From Eledone cirrhosa (Eukaryota), in the NCBI GenBank assembly GCA_964016885.1, contig OZ024744.1, positions 10,788,001 through 10,852,000 on the forward strand: 64,000 bases of DNA, written 5' to 3'. The stretch's first letter is position 1. The number at the start of each line of letters is the position of its first letter. The notes under the pieces are model-generated. The model saw only the letters and a program-made list of their open reading frames with translations. It did no database searches and had not been told where the DNA came from. This document shows positions 28,501 through 42,300 of this stretch, in pieces. The translations under genes were made by a program, and so were the position numbers.

Positions 28501-30300
28501 ATAGTCCAATATATCGTGTTGTTGTACTCCAATATGTCATGTTGTTGTACTCCAATATTTCGTGTTGTTGTACACCAATATGTCGTGTTGATTATACTAC
28601 AATTTTTGTTGCTGTTGTACTCCAATATGTTGTGTTGTTGTACTCTAATATGTTGTGTTGTTATTCTCCAATATGTTGTGCTGTTGTACTCCAATATGTT
28701 GTATTGTTGTTCTCCAATATGTCATGTTATACTCCAATAAGTTGTGTTCTTGTACTCCAATATGTTGTGTTGTTGTACTCCAATATGTTGTGTTGTTGTA
28801 CTCCAATATGTTGTGTTGTTGTACTCCAATATATCATGTTGTCATACTCCAATGTGTCATGTTATACTCTAATATGTCGTTGTTATACTCCAATATGTCA
28901 TGATGTTGTACTCCAATATGTCGTGTTCTTGTACTCCAATATGCCGTGTTGTCGTACTCCAATATTTTGTGTTGTTGTACTCCAATATGTTGTGCTGTTG
29001 TACTCCAATATGTTGTGTTGTTGTACTTCAATATGTTGTGTTGTTATACTCCAATATGTTGTGCTGTTGTACTCCAATATTTCGTGTTGTTGTACTCCAA
29101 TACGTCGTGTTGTACTCCAATATGTTGTGTTGTTATACTCCAATATGTTATGTTGTTGTACTCCAATATGTCTTGTTGTTGTACTCCAATATGTTTTGAT
29201 GTTGTACTCCAATATGTTGTGTTGTTGTACTCCAATATGATGTGATGTTGTACTCCAATGCGTTGTGTTGTTGTACTCCAATGTGATGTGTTGTTGTACT
29301 CCAATATGTTGTGTTGTTATACTCCAATGTGTTGTGTTGTTATACTCCAATATGTTGTGTTGTTGTAGCCCAATATGTTGTGTTGTTGTACTCCAATGTG
29401 ATATGTTGTTATACTCCAATATGTTGTGCTGTTGTACTCCAATATGTTGTGTTGCTGTACTCCTATATGTTGCGTTGTTATTCTCCAATATGTTGTGCTG
29501 TTGTACTCCAATGTGTTGTGTTGTTATACTCCAATATGTTGTGTTGATTTACTCCAATATGTTGTGTTGTTGTACTCCAATCTGTTGTGTTGTTATACTC
29601 CAATGTGTTGTGTTGTTATACTCCAATATGTTGTGTTGTTGTAGCCCAATATGTTGTGTTGTTGTACTCCAATATGTTGTGTTGTCGTACTCCAATATGT
29701 CCTGTTGTTGTACTCCAATATGTTGTGTTGTTATACTCCAATATTTCATGTGGTTGTACTCCAATATGTTGTCTTGCTGTACTCCAATCTGTTGTATTGT
29801 TGTACTCCAATATGTTCTGTTGTTGTACTCCAATATATTGTATTGTTGTACTCCAGTATGTTGTGTTGTTGTACTCCAATATGCTGTGTTGTTGTACTCC
29901 AATATGTTGTGTTGTTGTACTCCAATATGTTGTGTTGTTGTACTCCAATATCTTGTGTTGTTGTACTCCAATATGTTGTGTTGTTGTACTCCAATATGTT
30001 GTGTTGTGGTACTCCAATATGGTGTGTTGTTGAACTCCAATATGTTGTATTGTTTTTCTCCAATATGTCATGTTATACTCCAATATGTTGTGTTCGTGTA
30101 CTCCAATATGTCATGTTGTTGTACTCCAGTATGTCTTGTTATACTCCAATATGTCGTGTTGCTGTACTCCAATATGTCATGCTGTTGTACTCCAATATTT
30201 CGTGTCGTTGTACTCCAATATGTCGTGCTTTTGTACTCCAATATGTTTTGCTGTTGTACTCCACTGTGTTGTGTTGTTGAACTGCAATATGTTGTGTTGT
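22580..30300 (+). repeat. Higher-order block C, ~7.7 kb (related copy at ~50570-58370)
   Basis: ORF offsets are 28000 (22785 vs 50785), 28089-28090 (23175 vs 51264; 23911 vs 52001), 27976 (24919 vs 52895), 28001 (26454 vs 54455) and 27817 (28215 vs 56032). Shared private markers are GACGTGTGGC, TTTTCCTCC and TACTCCCATA. Confidence 0.82.
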
Positions 30301-33300
30301 TGTTCTCCAATATTTTGTGATGTTGTACTCCAATGTGTTGTGTTGTTATACTCCAATATGTTGTGTTGTGATACTCCAATGTGTTGTGTTGTTGTACTCC
30401 AATATGTTGTGTTGTTGTACTCCAATATGTTGTGTTGTTATACTCCAATGTGGTGTGCTGTTGTAATCCAATAGGTTGTGTTGTACTCCAATATGTTGTG
30501 TTGTTATACTCCACTATGTAGTGTTGTTATACTCCAATATGTTATGATGTTGTACTGCAATATATTGTGTTGTTGTACTCCAATATGTCTTGTTATAGTC
30601 CAATATGCCGTGTTGTTGTACTCCAATATGTCATGCTGTTGTACTCCAATATTTCGTGTTGTTGTATACCAATATGTCGTGTTGATTATACTACAATTTT
30701 TGTTGCTGTTGTACTCCAATATGTTGTGTTGTTGTACTCTAATATGTTGTGTTGTTATTCTCCAATATGTTGTGCTGTTGTACTCCAATGTGTTATGTTG
30801 TTATACTCCAATATGTTGTGCTGTGATACTCCAATATGTTGTGTTGTTGTACTCCAATCTGTTGTGTTGTTATACTCCAATATGTTGTGTTGTTATACTC
30901 CAATATGTTGTGTTGTTTTACTCCAATATGTTGTGTTGTTGTACTCCAATATGTTGTGTTGTAGTACTCCAATATGTTGTGTTGTTGTAATCCAATATCT
31001 TGTGTTGTTATACTCCAATATGTTGTGTTGTTGTACTCCAATATGTTGTGTTGTTGTTCTCCAATATGTTGTGTTGTTATACTCCAATATGTTGTGTTAT
31101 GATACTCCAATATGTTGTGCTGTTGTACTCCAATATGTTGTGTTGTCGTACTCCAATATGTGATGTTGTACTCCAATATGTCCTGTTGTTATACTCCAAT
31201 ATGTTGTGTTGTTATACTCCAATATGTCATGGTGTTGTACTTCAATATGTCGTGTTGTTGTACTCCAATATGTTGTGTTGTTGTACTCCAATACGCGATG
31301 TTGTTGTACTCCAATATGTTGTGTTGTTATACTCCAATATATTGTGTTGTTATACTCCAAAATGTTGTGTTGTTATACTCCAATATGTTGTGTTTTTGTA
31401 CTCCAACATGTTGTGCTATTGTACTCCAATATGATGTGTTGTTGTACTCCAATATGATGTGCTGTTGTACTCCAATGTGTTGTGTTGTTGTACTCCAATA
31501 TGTTGTGCCATTGTACTCCAATATTTTTTTGTTTTTGTACTCCAATATGTTGTGTTTTTATACTCCAATATGTTGTGTTGGTGTACTCCAATATGGTGTG
31601 CTGTTGTACTCCAAATCTCGTGTTGTTATACTCCAATGTGTTGTGTTGTTATACTCCAATATGGTGTGTTGTTGTACTCCAATATGTTGTATTGTTTTTC
31701 TCCAATATGTCATGTTATACTCCAATATGTTGTGTTCGTGTACTCCAATATGTTGTGTTATTGTACTCCAATATGTTGCGTTGTTGTACTCCAATATGTT
31801 GTGTTGTTATACTCCAATATGTTGTGTTGTTGTACTCCAATATGTTGTTTTGTTGTACTCCAATATGTCATGTTGTTGTACTCCAGTATGTCTTGTTATA
31901 CTCCAATATGTCGTGTTGCTGTACTCCAATATGTCATGATGTTGTACTCCAATATGTTTTGCTGTTGTACTCCACTGTGTTGTGTTGTTGAACTCCAATA
32001 TGTTGTGTTGTTGTTCTCCAATATTTTGTGATGTTGTACTCCAATGTGTTTTGTTGTTATACTCCAATATGTTGTGTTGTTATACTCCAATATGTTGTGT
32101 TGTTATACTCCAATATGTTGTGTTGTTGTACTCCAATATGTTGTGTTGTGATACTCCAATATGTTGTGCTGTTGTACTCCAATATGTTGAGTTGTTATAC
32201 TCCAATATGTAGTGTTGTTATACTTCAATATGTTGTGTTGTTGTACTCCAATATGTTGTGTTATTGTACTCCAATATGTTGCGTTGTTGTACTCCAATAT
32301 GTTGCGTTGTTGTACTCCAATATGTTGTGTTGTTATACTCCAATATGTCGTGTGGCTGTACTCCAATATTTCGTGTTGTTGTACCCCAATATGTAGTGTT
32401 GTTTATACTCCAATTTTTTTTGCTGTTGTACTCCAATATGTTGTGTTGCTGTACTCCTATATGTTGCGTTGTTATTCTCCAATATGTTGTGCTGTTGTAC
32501 TCCAATGTGTTGTGTTGTTATACTCCAATATGTTGTGTTGATTTACTCCAATATGTTGTGTTGTTGTACTCCAATCTGTTGTGTTGTTATACTCCAATGT
32601 GTTGTGTTGTTATACTCCAATATGTTGTGTTGTTGTAGTCCAATATGTTGTGTTGTTGTACTCCAATATGTTGTGTTGTCGTACTCCAATATGTCCTGTT
32701 GTTGTACTCCAATATGTTGTGTTGTTATACTCCAATATTTCGTGTGGTTGTACTCCAATATGTCATGGTGTTGTACTTCAATATGTCGTGTTGTTGTACT
32801 CCAATATGTTGTCTTGCTATACTCCAATCTTTTGTATTGTTGTACTCCAATATGTTCTGTTGTTGTACTCCAATATATTGTATTGTTTTACTCCAATATG
32901 TTGTGTTGTTGTACTCCAATATGCTGTGTTGTTGTACTCCAATATGTTGTGTTGTTGTACTCCAATATGTTGTGTTGTTGTACTCCAATATCTTGTGTTG
33001 TTGTACTCCAATATGTTGTGTTGTTGTACTCCAATATGTTGTGTTGTGGTACTCCAATATGGTGTGCTGTTGTACTCCAATATGATGTGCTGTTGTACTC
33101 CAATATGTTGTGTTGTTGTACTCCAATGTGTTGTGTTGTTGTACTCCAATATGTTGTGCCGCTGTACTCCAATATCTTTTTGTTTTTGTACTCCAATGTG
33201 TTGTGTTGTTATACTCCAATATGGTGTGTTGTTGAACTCCAATATGTTGTATTGTTTTTCTCCAATATGTCATGTTATACTCCAATATGTTGTGTTCGTG

Positions 33301-36300
33301 TACTCCAATATGTTGTGTTATTGTACTCCAATATGTTGCGTTGTTGTACTCCAGTATGTTGTGTTGTTATACTCCAATACGTTGTGTTGTTGTACTCCAA
33401 TATGTCATGTTGTTGTACTCCAGTATGTCTTGTTATACTCCAATATGTCGTGTTGCTGTACTCCAATATGTCATGCTGTTGTACTCCAATATTTCGTGTC
33501 GTTGTACTCCAATATGTCGTGCTTTTTTACTCCAATATGTTTTGCTGTTGTACTCCACTGTGTTGTGTTGTTGAACTCCAATATGTTGTGTTGTTGTTCT
33601 CCAATATTTTGTGATGTTGTACTCCAATGTGTTGTGTTGTTATACTCCAATATGTTGTGTTGTGATACTCCAATGTGTTGTGTTGTTGTACTCCAATATG
33701 TTGTGTTGTTGTACTCCAATATGTTGTGTTGTTATACTCCAATGTGGTGTGCTGTTGTAATCCAATATGTTGTGTTGTACTCCAATATGTTGTGTTGTTA
33801 TACTCCAATATGTAGTGTTGTTATACTCCAATATGTTATGATGTTGTACTGCAATATATTGTGTTGTTGTACTCCAATATGTCATGCTGTTGTACTCCAA
33901 TATTTCGTGTTGTTGTACCCCAATATGTCGTGTTGATTATACTACAATTTTTGTTGCTGTTGTACTCCAATATGTTGTGTTGTTGTACTCTAATATGTTG
34001 TGTTGTTATTCTCCAATATGTTGTGCTGTTGTACTCCAATGTGTTATGTTGTTATACTCCAATATGTTGTGCTGTGATACTCCAATATGTTGTGTTGTTG
34101 TACTCCGATCTGTTGTGTTGTTATACTCCAATATGTTGTGTTGTTATACTCCAATATGTTGTGTTGTTTTACTCCAATATGTTGTGTTGTTGTACTCCAA
34201 TATGTTGTGTTGTAGTACTCCAATATGTTGTGTTGTTGTAATCCAATATCTTGTGTTGTTATACTCCAATATGTTGTGTTGTTGTACTCCAATATGTTGT
34301 GTTGTTGTTCTCCAATATGTTGTGTTGTTATACTCCAATATGTTGTGTTATGATACTCCAATATGTTGTGCTGTTGTACTCCAATATGTTGTGTTGTCGT
34401 ACTCCAATATGTGATGTTGTACTCCAATATGTCCTGTTGTTATACTCCAATATGTTGTGTTGTTATACTCCAATATGTCATGGTGTTGTACTTCAATATG
34501 TCGTGTTGTTGTACTCCAATATGTTGTGTTGTTGTACTCCAATACGCGATGTTGTTGTACTCCAATATGTTGTGTTGTTGTACTCCAATATATTGTGTTG
34601 TTATACTCCAATATGTTGTGTTGTTATACGCCAATATGTTGTGTTTTTGTACTCCAACATGTTGTGCTGTTGTACTCCAATATGATGTGTTGTTGTACTC
34701 CAATATGATGTGCTGTTGTACTCCAATGTGTTGTGCCGTTGTACTCCAATATTTTTTGTTTTTGTACTCCAATATGTTGTGTTTTTATACTCCAATATGT
34801 TGTGTTGGTGTACTCCAACATGGTGTGCTGTTATACTCCAATGTGTTGTGTTGTTATACTCCAATGTGTTGTGTTGTTATACTCCAATATGGTGTGTTGT
34901 TGTACTCCAATATGTTGTATTGTTTTTCCCCAATATGTCATGTTATACTCCAATATGTTGTGTTCGTGTACTCCAATATGTTGTGTTATTGTACTCCAAT
35001 ATGTTGCGTTGTTGTACTCCAATATGTTGTGTTGTTATACTCCAATATGTTGTGTTGTTTTACTCCAATATGTTGTTTTGTTGTACTCCAATATGTCGTG
35101 TTGTTGTACTCCAGTATGTCTTGTTATACTCCAATATGTCGTGTTGCTGTACTCCAATATGTCATGCTGTTGTACTCCAATATGTTTTGCTGTTGTACTC
35201 CACTGTGTTGTGTTGTTGAACTCCAATATGTTGTGTTGTTGTTCTCCAATATTTTGTGATGTTGTACTCCAATGTGTTGTGTTGTTATACTCCAATATGT
35301 TGTGTTGTTATACTCCAATATGTTGTGTTGTTATACTCCAATATGTTGTGTTGTTGTACTCCAATATGTTGTGTTGTGATACTCCAATATGTTGTGCTGT
35401 TGTACTCCAATATGTTGAGTTGTTATACTCCAATATGTAGTGTTGTTATACTTCAATATGTTGTGTTGTTGTACTCCAATATGTTGTGTTGTTGTACTCC
35501 AATATGTGATGTTGTTGTACTCCAATATGTTTTGCTGTTGTACTCCACTGTGTTGTGTTGTTGAACTCCAATATGATGTGTTGTTGTTCTCCAATATTTT
35601 GTGCTGTTGTACTCCAATTTGTGTTGTTGTACTCCAATATGTTGTGTTGTTGTACTTCAATATGTTGTGTTGTTGTACTCCAATATGTTGCGTTGTTATA
35701 CTCCAATATGTTGTGCTGTTGTACTCCAATATTTCGTGTTGTTGTACTCCAATACGGCGTGTTGTTGTACTCCAATATGTTTTGATGTTGTACTCCAATA
35801 TGTTGTGTTGTTGTACTTCAATATGTTTTGATGTTGTACTCCAATATGTTGTGTTTTTTGTACTCCAATATGTTGTGTAGTCGTACTCCAATATGTTGTG
35901 TTGTTGCACTCCAATATGATGTGATGTTGTACTCCAATATGATGTGATGTTGCACTCCAATGCGTTGTGTTGTTGTACTCCAATGTGATGTGTTGTTGTA
36001 CTCCAATATGTTGTGCCGTTGTACTCCAATATTTTTTTATTTTTGTACTCCAATATGTTGTGTTGTTATACTCCAATATGTTGTGTTGTTATACTCCAAT
36101 ATGTTGTGCTGTTGTACTCCAAATCTCGTGTTGTTTTACTCCAATGTGTTGTGTTGTTATAATCCAATAAGGTGTGTTGTTGTACTCCAATATGTTGTAT
36201 TGTTTTTTTCCAATATGTCATGTTATACTCCAATATGTTGTGTTCGTGTACTCCAATATGTTGTGTTATTGTACTCCAATATGTTGCGTTGTTGTACTCC

Positions 36301-39300
36301 AATATGTTGTGTTGTTATACTCCAATATGTTGTGTTGTTGTACTCCAATATGTTGTCTTGTTGTACTCCAAAAGGCCATGTTATCGTACTCCAATATGTC
36401 TTGTTATACTCCAATATGTCGTGTGGCTGTACTCCAATATGTCATGTTGTTGTACTCAAATATGTCTTGTTATAGTCCAATATGTCGTGTTGTTGTACTC
36501 CAATATGTCATGTAGTTGTATTCCAATATTTCGTGTTGTTGTACCCCAATATGTCGTGTTGTTTATACTCCAATATGTTTTGCTGTTGTACTCCAATATG
36601 TTGTGTTGCTGTACTCCAATATGTTGTGTTGTTATTCTCCAATATGTTGTGCTGTTGTACTCCAATGTGTTATGTTGTTATACTCCAATATGTTGTGCTG
36701 TGCTACTCCAATATATTGTGTTGTTGTACTCCAATGTGTTGTGTTGTTATACTCCAATATGTTGTGTTGATTTACTCCAATATGTTGTGTTGTTGTACTC
36801 CAATCTGTTGTGTTGTTATACTCCAATATGTTGTGTTGTTATACTCCAATATGTTGTGTTGTTTTACTCCAATATGTTGTGTTGTTGTACTCCAATATGT
36901 TGTGTTGTTGTACTCCAATATGTTGTGTTGTTGTACTCCAATATGTTGTGTTGTTGTAATCCAATATCTTGTGTTGTTATACTCCAATATGTTGTGTTGT
37001 TGTACTCCAATATGTTGTGTTGTTATACTCCAATATGTTGTGTTGTGATACTCCAATATGTTGTGCTGTTGTACTCCAATATGTTGTGTTGTTATACTCC
37101 AATATGTTGTGTTGTTTTACTCCAATATGTTGTGTTGTTGTACTCCAATATGTTGTATTGTTGTTCTCCAATATGTCATGTTATACTCCAATAAGTTGTG
37201 TTCTTGTACTCCAATATGTTGTGTTGTACTCCAATATATCATGTTGTCGTACTCCAATATGTCATGTTATACTCCAATATGTCGTTGTTATACTCAAATA
37301 TGTCATGTTGTTGTACTTCAATATGTCGTATTGTTGTACTCCAATATGTTTTGATGTTGTACTCCAATATGTTGTGTTGTTGTATTCCAATATGTTGTGT
37401 AGTCGTACTCCAATATGTTGTATTGTTATACTCCAATATGTTGTGCTGTTGTACTCCAATATGTTCTGTCGTTGAACTCCAATATATTGTGTTGTTCTAC
37501 TCCAATATGTCGTGTTGTTGTACTCCAATATGTCGTGTTGTTGTACTCCAATATGTCGTGTTGTTGTACTCCAATATGTCGTGTTGTTGTACTCCAATAT
37601 GTTGTGTTGTTGTACTCCAATATGTTGTGTTGTTATACTCCAATATGTTATGTTGTTGTACTCCAATATGTCATGTTGTACTCCAATATGTTGTGTTGTT
37701 GTACTCCAATATGTTTTGATGTTGTACTCCAATATGTTGTGTTGTTGTACTCCAATATGTTGTGTAGTCGTACTCCAATATGTTGTGTTGTTGTTCTCCA
37801 ATATGTTGTGTTGTTATACTCCAATATGTTATGTTGTTGTACTCCAATATGTCATGTTATACTCCAATATGTTTTGATGTTGTACTCCAATATGTTGTGC
37901 TGTTGTACTCCAATATTTTTTTGTTTTTGTACTCCAATATGTTGTGTTGTTATACTCCAATATGTTGTGCTGTTGTACTCCAAATCTCGTGTTGTTATAC
38001 TCCAATATGGTGTGTTCGTGTACTCCAATAGGTTATGTTATTGTACTCCAATATGTTGCGTTGTTGTACTCCAATATGTTGTGTTGTTATACTCCAATAT
38101 GTCGTGTTGTTTTACTCCAATATGTCATGCTGTTGTACTCCAATATGTTTTGCTGTTGTACTCCACTGTGTTGTGTTGTTGAACTCCAATATGTTGTGTT
38201 GTTGTTCTCCAATATTTTGTGCTGTTGTACTCCAATTTGTGTTGTTGTACTCCAATATGTTATGTTGTTGTACTCCAATATGTTGTGTTGTTGTACTCCA
38301 ATATGTTGTGCTGTTGTACTCCAATATTTCGTGTTGTTGTACTCCAATACGTCGTGTTGTTGTACTCCAATATGTTTTGATGTTGTACTCCAATATGTTG
38401 TGTTGTTGTACTCCAATATGTTTTGATGTTGTACTCCAATATGTTGTGTTGTTGTACTCCAATATGTTGTGTAGGCGTACTCCAATATGTTGTGTTGTTG
38501 TACTCCAATATGATGTGATGTTGTACTCCAATATGATGTGATGTTGTACTCCAATGCGTTGTGTTGTTGTACTCCAATGTGATGTGTTGTTGTACTCCAA
38601 TATGTTGTGTCGTTGTACTCTAATATTTTTTATTTTTGTACTCCAATATGTTGTGTTGTTATACTCCAATATGTTGTGCTGTTGTACTCCAAATCTCGTG
38701 TTGTTATACTCCAATGTGTTGTGTTGTTATACTCCAATATGGTGTGTTGTTGTACTCCAATATGTTGTATTGTTTTTTCCAATATGTCATGTTATACTCC
38801 AATATGTTATGTTCGTGTACTCCAATATGTTGTGTTATTGTACTCCAATATGTTGCGTTGTTGTACTCCAATATGTTGTGTTGTTATACTCCAATATGTT
38901 GTGTTGTTGTACTCCAATATGTTGTCTTGTTGTACTCCAAAAGGCCATGTTATCGTACTCCAATATGTCTTGTTATACTCCAATATGTCGTGTGGCTGTA
39001 CTCCAATATGTCATGTTGTTGTACTCCAATATGTCTTGTTATAGTCCAATATGTCGTGTTGTTGTACTCCAATATGTCATGTAGTTGTATTCCAATATTT
39101 CGTGTTGTTGTACCCCAATATGTCGTGTTGTTTATACTCCAATATGTTTTGCTGTTGTACTCCAATATGTTGTGTTGCTGTACTCCAATATGTTGTGTTG
39201 TTATTCTCCAATATGTTGTGCTGTTGTACTCCAATGTGTTATGTTGTTATACTCCAATATGTTGTGCTGTGCTACTCCAATATATTGTGTTGTTGTACTC

Positions 39301-42300
39301 CAATGCGTTGTGTTGTTATACTCCAATATGTTGTGTTGATTTACTCCAATATGTTGTGTTGTTGTACTCCAATCTGTTGTGTTGTTATACTCCAATATGT
39401 TGTGTTGTTATACTCCAATATGTTGTGTTGTTTTACTCCAATATGTTGTGTTGTTGTACTCCAATATGTTGTGTTGTTGTACTCCAATATGTTGTGTTGT
39501 TGTAATCCAATATCTTGTGTTGTTATACTCCAATATGTTGCGTTGTTGTACTCCAATATGTTGTGTTGTTGTACTCCAATATGTTGTATTGTTGTTCTCC
39601 AATATGTCATGTTATACTCCAATAAGTTGTGTTATTGTACTCCAATGTGTTGTGTTGTTGTACTCCAATATATCATGTTGTCGTACTCCAATATGTCATG
39701 TTATACTCCAATATGTCGTTGTTATACTCCAATATGTCATGTTGTTGTACTCCAATATGTCGTATTGTTGTACTCCAATATGTTTTGATGTTGTACTCCA
39801 ATGTGTTGTGTTGTTGTACTCCAATATGTTGTGTAGTCGTACTCCAATATGTTGTATTGTTATACTCCAATATGTTGTGCTATTGTACTCCAATATGTTC
39901 TGTTGTTGTACTCCAATATATTGTGTTGTTGTACTCCAATATGTCGTGTTGTTGTACTCCAATATGTCGTGTTGTTGTACTCCAATATGTTGTGTTGTTG
40001 TACTCCAATATGTTGTGTTGTTGTACTCCAATATGTTGTGTTGTTATACTCCAATATGTTATGTTGTTGTACTCCAATATGTCATGTTGTTGTACTCCAA
40101 TATGTTTTGATGTTGCACTCCAATATGTTGTGTTGTTGTACTCCAATATGTTGTGTAGTCGTACTCCAATATGTTGTGTTGTTGTACTCCAATATGCTGT
40201 GATGTTGTACTCCAATATGATGTGCTGTTGTACTCCAATGCGTTGTGTTGTTGTACTCCAATATGCTGTGTTGTTATACTCCAATATGTTGTGTTGTTGT
40301 ACTCCAATATGTTGTGTTGTTGTACTCCAATATGTTGTGTTGTTGTAATCCAATATCTTGTGTTGTTATACTCCAATATGTTGTGCTGTTGTACTCCAAT
40401 ATGTTGAATTGTTATACTCCAATATGTTGTGTTGTTGTACTCCAATATGTTGTGTTGTTGTACTCCAATATGTTGTGTTATTGTACTCCAATATGTGATG
40501 TTGTTGTACTCCAATATGTCGTGATGTTGTACTCCAATATGTTGTGTTGTTATACTCCACTATTTCATGTTGTTGTACTCCAATATGTCTTGTTGTTGTA
40601 CTCCAATATGTTTTGATGTTGTACTCCAATATGTTGTGTTGTTGTACTCCAATATATCATGTTGTCGTACTCCAATATGTCATGTTATACTCCAATATGT
40701 CGTTGTTATACTCCAATATGTCATGTTGTTGTACTCCGATATGTTGTGTTGGACTATACTCCAATATGTAGTGTTGTTGTAATCCAATATGTTGTGTTGT
40801 TGTACTCCAATATATAGTGATGTTGTACTCCAATATGTTGTGTTGTTATACTCCACTATTTCGTGTTGTTTTACTCCAATATGTCATGTTGTTGTTCTCC
40901 AATATTTCGTGTTGTTGTACTCCAATATGTCATGGTGTTGTACTTCAATATGTCCTATTGTTGTACTCCAATATGTTGTGTTGTTGTTCTCCAATATGTC
41001 GTGTTGTTATACTCCAATATGTTATGATGTTGTACTGCAATATATTGTGTTGTTGTACTCCAATATGTCTTGTTATAGTCCAATATATCGTGTTGTTGTA
41101 CTCCAATATGTCATGTTGTTGTACTCCAATATTTCGTGTTGTTGTACACCAATATGTCGTGTTGATTATACTACAATTTTTGTTGCTGTTGTACTCCAAT
41201 ATGTTGTGTTGTTGTACTCTAATATGTTGTGTTGTTATTCTCCAATATGTTGTGCTGTTGTACTCCAATATGTTGTATTGTTGTTCTCCAATATGTCATG
41301 TTATACTCCAATAAGTTGTGTTCTTGTACTCCAATATGTTGTGTTGTTGTACTCCAATATGTTGTGTTGTTGTACTCCAATATGTTGTGTTGTTGTACTC
41401 CAATATATCATGTTGTCGTACTCCAATGTGTCATGTTATACTCTAATATGTCGTTGTTATACTCCAATATGTCATGATGTTGTACTCCAATATGTCGTGT
41501 TCTTGTACTCCAATATGCCGTGTTGTCGTACTCCAATATTTTGTGTTGTTGTACTCCAATATGTTGTGCTGTTGTACTCCAATATGTTGTGTTGTTGTAC
41601 TTCAATATGTTGTGTTGTTATACTCCAATATGTTGTGCTGTTGTACTCCAATATTTCGTGTTGTTGTACTCCAATACGTCGTGTTGTACTCCAATATGTT
41701 GTGTTGTTATACTCCAATATGTTATGTTGTTGTACTCCAATATGTCTTGTTGTTGTACTCCAATATGTTTTGATGTTGTACTCCAATATGTTGTGTTGTT
41801 GTACTCCAATATGATGTGATGTTGTACTCCAATGCGTTGTGTTGTTGTACTCCAATGTGATGTGTTGTTGTACTCCAATATGTTGTGTTGTTATACTCCA
41901 ATGTGTTGTGTTGTTATACTCCAATATGTTGTGTTGTTGTAGCCCAATATGTTGTGTTGTTGTAGCCCAATATGTTGTGTTGTTGTACTCCAATGTGATA
42001 TGTTGTTATACTCCAATATGTTGTGCTGTTGTACTCCATTTTTTTTTGTTTTTTGTACTCCAATATGTTGTGTTGTTATACTCCAATATGTTGTGTTGTT
42101 ATACTCCAATATGTTGTGCTGTTGTACTCCAAATCTCGTGTTGTTATACTCCAATATGGTGTGTTCGTGTACTCCAATATGTTGTGTTATTGTACTCCAA
42201 TATGTTGCGTTGTTGTACTCCAATATGTTGTGTTGTTATACTCCAATATGTCGTGTGGCTGTACTCCAATATTTCGTGTTGTTGTACCCCAATATGTAGT

